Origin: Armatimonadota bacterium
GTDB taxonomy: Bacteria > Sysuimicrobiota > Sysuimicrobiia > Sysuimicrobiales > Humicultoraceae
Assembly: GCA_037446215.1 (NCBI GenBank)
Contig: JBBIJB010000030.1
Coordinates: forward strand, 1-22,818
DNA: 22,818 nt
Direction of reading: 5' to 3'
A program made the position numbers and the translations under genes. How positions within the stretch are numbered: the first letter of the stretch is position 1; each line of letters opens with the position of its first letter. The notes beneath the pieces are model-generated. The model searched no databases, was not told the DNA's origin, and saw only the letters and a list, made by a program, of their open reading frames with translations. Of this stretch, positions 16,479 to 22,818 are shown in pieces.

Positions 16479-17357
16479 ATGCAGACCGACCTCCTGACAT
16501 TCCTGCAATATGTTGCCAACGGCATAGTTCTCGGTGGCGTGTACGGCCTTGTCGCTGTGGGTCTGACGCTGATCTACGGGGTGCTCAAGATCATCAACTT
16601 CTCCCACGGCGAACTCGTCATGGGGGGGATGTACGTATCCTACTGGTGCTTCGTTCTCTGGCGGATCGATCCGTACGTCTCAGCCGTGATCAGTATGACT
16701 CTCTTCTTCTGCATCGGTGCGGTGTTGCAGCGTTATGTTGTAGAACCGATCATGCCGGCCCCTCAGATAAACCAGATCCTGCTAACGATCGGCGTCGGGT
16801 TGTTCCTGACCAACCTCGCTATGGTGCTCTTCTCGCCGGACACCCGCACGATTCACGTGAGCTACGCGACAACAACGATCTCGTTTTGGGGGGTCCTTGT
16901 CAGCATACCCCGCTTGGTGTCCTTCGTTGTCGCGATGGTGCTCAGCCTGGGGCTCTATCTCTTCCTGCGGGCCACTAGGCTCGGGAAAGCTGTCCGCGCT
17001 GCGGCCCAGGACCGAGAAGGTGCACAACTGGTGGGGATCGGGGCTCGCCAGGTCTTCATAATCGCGTTCGGCATTGGGGCAGGGATGGCAGCTGTCGCCG
17101 GTTCGCTGCTGACACCCTTCTATAACGTGCAGCCCACGGCCGGGGTGCCGTTCGTGCTAACGGCGTACGTGATCGTAGTGCTTGGAACGATGGGGAACTT
17201 CCTAGGAGCGCTCGTGGGCGCACTTCTAATCGGGGTTGCCGAGTCGGTGGGATCGTATCTCTTCTCGCCAGCCCTGAGGCAGCTTGTGAGCTTCAGCATC
17301 TTCATAGGGGTCCTGTTGTTCAAGCCCGAGGGGCTCTTCGGGGGCAAGGCCTCATGA
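16479..17357 (+). CDS. livH: Liv-family ABC transporter permease (LivH-like)
   Basis: NGIVLGGVYGLVAVGLTLIYGVLKIINFSHGE, TRLGKAVRAAAQDREGAQLVGI, LLFKPEGLFG. Start is ATG 16479 or GTG 16437. Confidence 0.9.
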   Translation: MQTDLLTFLQYVANGIVLGGVYGLVAVGLTLIYGVLKIINFSHGELVMGGMYVSYWCFVLWRIDPYVSAVISMTLFFCIGAVLQRYVVEPIMPAPQINQILLTIGVGLFLTNLAMVLFSPDTRTIHVSYATTTISFWGVLVSIPRLVSFVVAMVLSLGLYLFLRATRLGKAVRAAAQDREGAQLVGIGARQVFIIAFGIGAGMAAVAGSLLTPFYNVQPTAGVPFVLTAYVIVVLGTMGNFLGALVGALLIGVAESVGSYLFSPALRQLVSFSIFIGVLLFKPEGLFGGKAS

Positions 17358-18361
17358 GAGTGACAAGCTGGCCCGAGGCGGAGAGAGCCATCACCCTGTT
17401 GCTCCTGGTGGGGCTGGCCCTGGTGCCACTCGCGCGCCCCGCCCCATATCTGCTGCACGTCCTGATAGCCATGATCCTCTACGCGGCTGTTGGCCAGGCG
17501 TGGAACCTCCTTGGCGGATACGCAGGACAGCTCTCGATCGGCCACATCATGTACTTCGGCGTCGGAGCGTATGCAGCGGGATACCTGTGGACGGCGTTTG
17601 GCGTTTCCCCATGGGTCGGGATCCTGATAGGGGGCGCGCTCGCCGCGTTCCTCGGGTTGGCGGTATCGCTAATCAGCCTCCGATATGGGCTCCGTTTGGA
17701 CTACTACGCGCTGTTCACTCTCGCTGTCTCACAGATTCTCCGTACGATCGCCTTGAACACGGAAGCAGTTGGGGAAGCCATGGGGATCTACATCCCCGGG
17801 GGCAGCCATAACCCCCTGATGATGCAGTTTGAAACCAAGACCCCGTACTACTTCATCAGCCTTGGGCTGCTTGCGGCGATTACCTTCGTGATCTATGCAA
17901 TACACCGAACCAAGATGGGGGCGTACCTAGCGGCCATCCGCGAGAATGATGCCGCGGCAGAAGCATCAGGCGTAAACACAGTGTTCTACAGAGCCGCGTG
18001 CACCTCCCTCAGTGCGGCACTGACGGCGGCCGCCGGCGCTGTGTTTGCGGTATACACGACGTTCATAGACCCTGACCTGGTGCTGGGCATAGGACCCAAC
18101 TTCGAGTTCCTACTAGTGGCCATCGTCGGCGGTCGTGGAACGCTGTTCGGCCCCATCCTGGGAGCGGTGCTCCTCAGGTCAATAAGCGAGACCAGCCGGG
18201 TTGCGCTGGGTGCCGCCCCGGCAGGCTTTCACCTAATGGTATACGGCGCTGCGCTGATCGCGGTCGTTCTCTTTGTACCCCAGGGGCTGGCTGGGGTGGT
18301 GAGGGCGGTTTGGGCCAACATAGGCCGGCGTGGAGTTCGAGATAATCCTCAGGTGACCTAG
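17354..18361 (+). CDS. livM: Liv-family ABC transporter permease (LivM-like)
   Basis: WNLLGGYAGQLSIGH..FGVGAY, AIRENDAAAEASGVN, GGRGTLFGPILGA, PQGL; ATGA overlap with livH. Confidence 0.9.
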   Translation: MRVTSWPEAERAITLLLLVGLALVPLARPAPYLLHVLIAMILYAAVGQAWNLLGGYAGQLSIGHIMYFGVGAYAAGYLWTAFGVSPWVGILIGGALAAFLGLAVSLISLRYGLRLDYYALFTLAVSQILRTIALNTEAVGEAMGIYIPGGSHNPLMMQFETKTPYYFISLGLLAAITFVIYAIHRTKMGAYLAAIRENDAAAEASGVNTVFYRAACTSLSAALTAAAGAVFAVYTTFIDPDLVLGIGPNFEFLLVAIVGGRGTLFGPILGAVLLRSISETSRVALGAAPAGFHLMVYGAALIAVVLFVPQGLAGVVRAVWANIGRRGVRDNPQVT

Positions 18362-18363
18362 CC

Positions 18364-19089
18364 ATGTCGCTGCTAGCGGTAGAACACCTCACCAAACGGT
18401 TCGGGGGGTTGGTGGCTCTCTCCAATGTCACGATTACCGTCAACCAGGGAGAGATCGTGGGCTTGATCGGCCCAAACGGTGCTGGAAAGACCACGCTCTT
18501 TGCTGCCATCTCGGGGTTCCTCCGCCCCGACATGGGATCGGTTAGGTTCAAGGAACACGACATCACCGGCCTACACCCACATCGGATCTGCCAACTCGGC
18601 ATGGCTCGTACGTTCCAGTTGGTGCAGCCGTTCGTCGGCCTGTCGGTTCTAGAGAACGTTACCATCGGAGCCTTCAATCGCACCGGCAGCACGCTCGCCG
18701 CGCGGAGTCGCGCCAGCGAGATCCTAGAGATGGTGGGCCTGAGTCAGCGCCAGCACGACACGGCGTCGGCCCTTACACCGGCGGAGAGAAAGCGGCTTGA
18801 GGTTGCCCGGGCCCTGGCTACTGCGCCCGACCTGCTGTTGCTCGACGAGGTGATGAGCGGCCTGACGCCAGCAGAAACCGCCCAGGTGATGGATCTGGTG
18901 CGTCAGATCAGGGATCGCGGCATAACCGTGATGACTATCGAGCACGTCATGCAAGCGGTAATGAAGCTGGCAGACAGGGTTGTGGTGCTCCACCACGGAG
19001 AGAAGATCGCGGAGGGCACGCCTGCGACAATAGTGCAGGACCCCGCAGTGATCGAAGCCTACCTTGGTCAAGGGGATAGTCGTGCTTGA
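18364..19089 (+). CDS. livG: Liv-family ABC transporter ATP-binding protein (LivG-like)
   Basis: KRFGGLVAL, GLIGPNGAGKTT, ARTFQ, LLLLDE, IEHVM, VIEAYLG. Confidence 0.92.
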   Translation: MSLLAVEHLTKRFGGLVALSNVTITVNQGEIVGLIGPNGAGKTTLFAAISGFLRPDMGSVRFKEHDITGLHPHRICQLGMARTFQLVQPFVGLSVLENVTIGAFNRTGSTLAARSRASEILEMVGLSQRQHDTASALTPAERKRLEVARALATAPDLLLLDEVMSGLTPAETAQVMDLVRQIRDRGITVMTIEHVMQAVMKLADRVVVLHHGEKIAEGTPATIVQDPAVIEAYLGQGDSRA

Positions 19090-19783
19090 GGTTAGAGGCG
19101 CAACGGCAGGATACGGGGAAGTAATGATTCTCCGGGAGGTCACCCTGACGGTTGCCCCCGGCGAACTCGTCGCCCTCGTTGGCAGCAATGGGGCGGGTAA
19201 GACAACGTTGCTGCGCACGATCTCGGGCTTCCTGCGACCGCGGGGCGGGACGATTGCCTTCCTTGGAAGGCGGATTGACAGCACTCTGCCTCATGAGATC
19301 GTCTGCGCGGGCCTGGCCCACGTCCCCGAGGGGAGGCGGCTGTTCCCCGAGATGTCCGTGTTGGAGAACCTGGAGATGGGCGCGTTTACTCGCGGCTCCG
19401 CCGAGATGAAGTCGTCCATGGCGTGGGTGTTCGAGCTTCTGCCGGTCCTTAAGGATCGGAGGGAACAGCGCGCCGGCACCCTCAGCGGAGGGGAGCAGCA
19501 GATGCTCGCAATCGGCCGCGCCTTGATGGCTCACCCGCAACTACTGATGCTCGACGAGCCTTCCCTCGGACTTGCCCCCCTCGTCGTCCGACGCGTACTG
19601 GAGACAATCGAGACGATAAGCGCCCAAGGCGTGGCCATCCTCCTCGTGGAGCAGAATGTGAGCCACGCCCTGCGCCTAGCTTCCCGTGCATATGTCCTGG
19701 AGAACGGGACCATCGCAATGACCGGCACAGGGAAAGAGCTCCTCTCCAGCGACCACGTGCGGCGGGCGTATCTGGGGCTGTAG
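19082..19783 (+). CDS. livF: Liv-family ABC transporter ATP-binding protein (LivF-like)
   Basis: GSNGAGKTT, HVPEGRRLFP, TLSGGEQQMLAIGRALM, LDEPSLGLAP, LVEQN, AYLGL. Likely start is the GTG at 19082, overlapping the livG end. Confidence 0.92.
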   Translation: MLEVRGATAGYGEVMILREVTLTVAPGELVALVGSNGAGKTTLLRTISGFLRPRGGTIAFLGRRIDSTLPHEIVCAGLAHVPEGRRLFPEMSVLENLEMGAFTRGSAEMKSSMAWVFELLPVLKDRREQRAGTLSGGEQQMLAIGRALMAHPQLLMLDEPSLGLAPLVVRRVLETIETISAQGVAILLVEQNVSHALRLASRAYVLENGTIAMTGTGKELLSSDHVRRAYLGL

Positions 19784-19850
19784 GCATCCATCAACGTACG
19801 GCCGAAGCAGAAAGACCACGTGCGCATATCCTGGTAGCAAGGGGGGCCAG

Positions 19851-20900
19851 ATGATTACACAGAATCTCAAGGGCCGGGACTTCATATCACTCCGCGACTT
19901 CACCAAGCCCGAGATCGAGAGCATGCTCGACGTCGGCCTGCAACTCAAGGCCGACAACGCGATGCGTCGTCGCCACGGCGATATCTTGCCCGGTAGGACG
20001 CTCTTCATGATGTTCTTCAACCCCTCACTCAGAACGCGGAACAGCTTCGAGGCGGGCATGTTCCAACTCGGCGGGCATGCCCACTTTCTCGAGCCCTCGT
20101 CCGCTCGACTGCCGGCTCTCGAGGGTGAAGAGATCGCATACCAGACCGAGCGCATCTCCGACGTTGCCCGCGTTCTCTCCAGCATGGGGGATGCCATTGC
20201 GATTCGCATACTAGGCGATCCCGTCGGCTGGGAGTACGAGAAGGCCCTCAGGATAATCCGGGAGTTCGCGAGGTGGTCTGACATACCCGTAATCAACATG
20301 GAGGACAACATCTACCATCCGTGCCAGGGGATGGCAGACGTGATGACGTTGTGGGAGATGTTCGGGAGAGATCTTCGCGGCCGCAAGCTCGGCGTGAGTT
20401 GGACTTACTCACCCAGCACCAAGAAACCCATCGCCCCCCACCACGACTTCATGTACGCGGCCAGCCTCTTCGGACCAGACATCGTGTACGCTCGACCGCA
20501 AGAGATGCGAATAGACCCCGAAGTAGAAGCCGCAATACGGGCGAACGTGGAAGCCAGCGGGGGTTCGTACACGGTGGTCGAAGAGATGGAAGAGGCGTGC
20601 AGCGGTGCCGACGTGGTCTACGCAAAGAACCACGTGTGCCTGGATCTGCTCCCCCCGTACGCTCCGGCTCCGAAGCACGATGAGATGGCGAAGTTGTTTG
20701 CGAAGTACAAGGGATGGATTGCTGACGAGAGTCGGATGAAGCTCGGCAAACCGGACGTGAAGTACATGCACTGCCTCCCCTGCGAGCGTGGCTTTGAGGT
20801 TAGCAACGAGGTCATGGACGGACCCTGGAGCGCGGTGTTTCAGGAGGCGGAGAACAGGCTGCACGCTCAGAAAGGCGTAATGGCGCTCACTCTCCCGTAG
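19851..20900 (+). CDS. Carbamoyltransferase of the knotted YgeW/N-acetylornithine carbamoyltransferase group; substrate unknown
   Basis: Carbamoyl-phosphate-binding motifs FFNPSLRTR, AIR, HPCQ and MHCLP; proline-rich loop SWTYSPSTKKPIAP; EAENRLHAQK. Lacks the OTCase DxxxSMG ornithine motif. Confidence 0.85.
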   Translation: MITQNLKGRDFISLRDFTKPEIESMLDVGLQLKADNAMRRRHGDILPGRTLFMMFFNPSLRTRNSFEAGMFQLGGHAHFLEPSSARLPALEGEEIAYQTERISDVARVLSSMGDAIAIRILGDPVGWEYEKALRIIREFARWSDIPVINMEDNIYHPCQGMADVMTLWEMFGRDLRGRKLGVSWTYSPSTKKPIAPHHDFMYAASLFGPDIVYARPQEMRIDPEVEAAIRANVEASGGSYTVVEEMEEACSGADVVYAKNHVCLDLLPPYAPAPKHDEMAKLFAKYKGWIADESRMKLGKPDVKYMHCLPCERGFEVSNEVMDGPWSAVFQEAENRLHAQKGVMALTLP

Positions 20901-20959
20901 ATCCAAGCGGAGGCGCGCAGACCACCTGACTCATGCAGGGCTCGGGAGGCCTCTAGCCC

Positions 20960-22255
20960 GTGGAAGAGTTTGAAGTAGCGGTTATCGGCGCGGGACCTGC
21001 CGGGGCTACGGCGGCCTATCTGCTTGCGAAGTCGGGCCTGAGCGTCTTGCTGATTGAGCGCGGAACGTATCCGGGCAGCAAGAACGTATCGGGAGGTCTC
21101 ATCTACACGGAGGTCCTGGGCCAGGTCTACCCTGGGTTCTGGGAAGAGGCACCTATTGAGCGACCGATTACGGGGCATGATATCGTTCTCCTGGGCGGGG
21201 ACGCAGCGGTCGCTCTGTCCTTCCGGAAGGCCGCGGTAGAATCCGCGGCCCCACCGCACAACGCGTACAGCGTCCTCAGGGCAAGATTCGACCCCTGGCT
21301 GGCGGGAAAGGCGGAGGCGGCCGGCGCGACGCTGGTGACCGGAGTCACGGTCGACAAGCTCGTTATCGAGAACGACCGGGTGGTAGGAGTCCAGGCTGGT
21401 CCGGACAGGGTCGCGGCGAACGTCGTGGTCGACGCGGAGGGAACACGGGCGCTGCTCTTGAGGCAGGCCCGGTTGATTGGGCCCTTTCACTCAGGCGAGG
21501 TGTCTCTGGGCATAAAGGAAGTCATACGGCTCCCCGAGGGTACAATCCACGAGCGGTTCCTCTGTTCCCGCCAGACAGGAACGGCTCTGACAATGATTGG
21601 TCACACTCTGGGGGTTTCGGGCGGAGGCTTCCTGTACACGAACCGCGACTCGCTCTCGGTGGGGGTCGTGGCCAAGCTTGACTCCCTTCACAGGAGCGGG
21701 CGACGCCCTCACGAGATCCTGGGTGAGTTCAAAGCCCACCCCTTCGTCTCCAGGCTGGTTGAAGGTGGCGAGGTAGTGGAGTACTCTGCCCAGACAGTCC
21801 ATCAGGGAGGGCTACATCACTCATCGACGCTGTGCGGGGATGGCTACGTGGTCGTGGGCAGCGCTGCCCGCCTGATACTGAATAACCTCTTCACACTCCG
21901 CGGCATGGATCTTGCCGTGGTCTCTGGCGTGGCGGCAGCGCAGGCGGTCCTAGAGGCACACCGCCGCAACGACTTCTCCGCCTCGGCCCTATCGGTCTAT
22001 CGAGACTACCTGAGAAGCACCCCCGTGTACCAGGACATGGAAACATTCCGCGGCGCACGTTCCGTGCTGAGCAACAGGAGATTCTTCGAGATCTACCCCG
22101 ACCTTGCATGCGCAGTGACGGAGGAGTTGTTCGCCGTCCACAAGACGCCCAGCACAAAGCTGTTCAGGATACTAAGGGACAAAGCAAAGGGGAAGGTCTC
22201 AGGCCTAGACCTCGTTAGAGATGCCGCTGCACTCGCGCGGGTGCTGGCAATATGA
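20960..22255 (+). CDS. fixC: FixC-family FAD-dependent ETF:quinone oxidoreductase
   Basis: VIGAGPAG, ERGTYPGSKNVSGG, FWEEAPIERPI, YSVLRARFDPWL, GGGFLYTNRDSLSVG, EYSA, RGMDLA. Confidence 0.9.
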   Translation: MEEFEVAVIGAGPAGATAAYLLAKSGLSVLLIERGTYPGSKNVSGGLIYTEVLGQVYPGFWEEAPIERPITGHDIVLLGGDAAVALSFRKAAVESAAPPHNAYSVLRARFDPWLAGKAEAAGATLVTGVTVDKLVIENDRVVGVQAGPDRVAANVVVDAEGTRALLLRQARLIGPFHSGEVSLGIKEVIRLPEGTIHERFLCSRQTGTALTMIGHTLGVSGGGFLYTNRDSLSVGVVAKLDSLHRSGRRPHEILGEFKAHPFVSRLVEGGEVVEYSAQTVHQGGLHHSSTLCGDGYVVVGSAARLILNNLFTLRGMDLAVVSGVAAAQAVLEAHRRNDFSASALSVYRDYLRSTPVYQDMETFRGARSVLSNRRFFEIYPDLACAVTEELFAVHKTPSTKLFRILRDKAKGKVSGLDLVRDAAALARVLAI

Positions 22256-22545
22256 CGAGCGAGCGGTCGACCCTAGACCACCTGCTGGGTTTCGACAAGT
22301 TCGAGATCGACAGGTCGAGTCACATAACGATAGACCAAGCCAGGTGCGCATCCTGCCCTCAGATGCCGTGTCTTACAGTCTGCCCGGCAGGGGTGTACAG
22401 ACAGGTTCATCAGAACGTCGTCGCCGCCCATGAGAACTGCCTTGAGTGCGGCGCGTGCAAGATCTCGTGCGACTCAGACGGAAATGCGGGGATCACATGG
22501 CGAAATCCTAGCGCAGGATTCGGCATTATCTTCCGATTCGGCTAG
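22252..22545 (+). CDS. fixX: FixX ferredoxin-like protein
   Basis: SHI.I, CASC...PCLTVCPAGVY, NCLECGACKISC, W.NP..GFGI.FRFG; ATGA overlap with fixC. Confidence 0.9.
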   Translation: MTSERSTLDHLLGFDKFEIDRSSHITIDQARCASCPQMPCLTVCPAGVYRQVHQNVVAAHENCLECGACKISCDSDGNAGITWRNPSAGFGIIFRFG

Positions 22546-22572
22546 AACTAGGCCGCCAGAGGGCAACACTCA

Positions 22573-22818
22573 ATGAAGATCGCAGCCTGCGTCAAGTACT
22601 CTCTAGATGTGGCGGAGATCCGGGTTGACGTCCCCACCCGAAAGCTTCTGTTGACAGGGGTACCGAGGAAACTCGGCAACGTCGACAAGAACGTCTTGGA
22701 GACTGCCGTTATGCTGAAGGAGGCCCATGGCGGTAGTGTCCATGCGCTGGGCTTTGGACCACCAGAGGCAAAGGACGCACTGCTGCGAGAGGCCCTTGCG
22801 ATGGGGGCGGATGAAGCG
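22573..22818 (+). CDS. fixA: Electron transfer flavoprotein beta subunit (FixA/EtfB), truncated by the window end
   Basis: Not in the ORF track. Manual translation gives MKIAACVKYSLDVAEIRVD...NVDKNVLETAVMLKEAHGGSV.ALGFGPPEAKDALLREALAMGADEA, the typical ETF-beta N-terminus. Confidence 0.9.
   Translation, partial: MKIAACVKYSLDVAEIRVDVPTRKLLLTGVPRKLGNVDKNVLETAVMLKEAHGGSVHALGFGPPEAKDALLREALAMGADEA

Noticed and set aside
19851..20900. Calling the carbamoyltransferase argF
   Set aside because: It lacks the ornithine-binding SMG motif, has the knotted-family proline loop, and sits in a catabolic context.
20938..20959. Hairpin GGGCT...AGCCC enclosing the fixC SD
   Set aside because: Short GC-rich stem of a kind expected by chance; no alternative structure or U-tract.
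1..22818. CRISPR arrays, tRNA/rRNA, IS or integrase, intrinsic terminators
   Set aside because: No regularly spaced repeats, cloverleafs, transposase motifs or hairpin-plus-U-tract were found by eye.

Overview
High-GC bacterial DNA, probably from a diderm because both solute-binding proteins have non-lipoprotein signal peptides; the taxon cannot be assigned from sequence alone. The window has three blocks. (1) 1-2.8 kb is an eroded defence-like patch: an intact HEPN-MNT pair coupled to an XPB-like SF2 helicase that appears fused, through in-frame deletions, to the C-terminal half of a DUF790/Bax1-type nuclease. This ORF collides head-on with a broken antitoxin/HicA-like toxin pair on the minus strand. 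(2) 3-10.2 kb holds an LLM-class (F420-type) oxidoreductase converging on a five-gene Dpp/Opp-family ABC importer, plus a single-domain TrmO. (3) 10.2-22.8 kb is a lower-GC, divergently transcribed catabolic cluster. Its minus arm is hydantoinase/dihydropyrimidinase - allantoinase PuuE - D-aminoacylase-family hydrolase - a shattered M20 carbamoylase. Its plus arm is a Liv-type ABC importer - a knotted (YgeW/AOTCase-like) carbamoyltransferase - fixC - fixX - fixA (cut off by the window end). Block 3 is the best candidate for an undescribed system: a ureide/N-heterocycle catabolic pathway that may use phosphorolytic decarbamoylation coupled to an ETF-FixCX electron-transfer module. No rRNA, tRNA, CRISPR array, integrase or transposase was seen. 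All family calls rest on motif recognition by eye, not on database searches.
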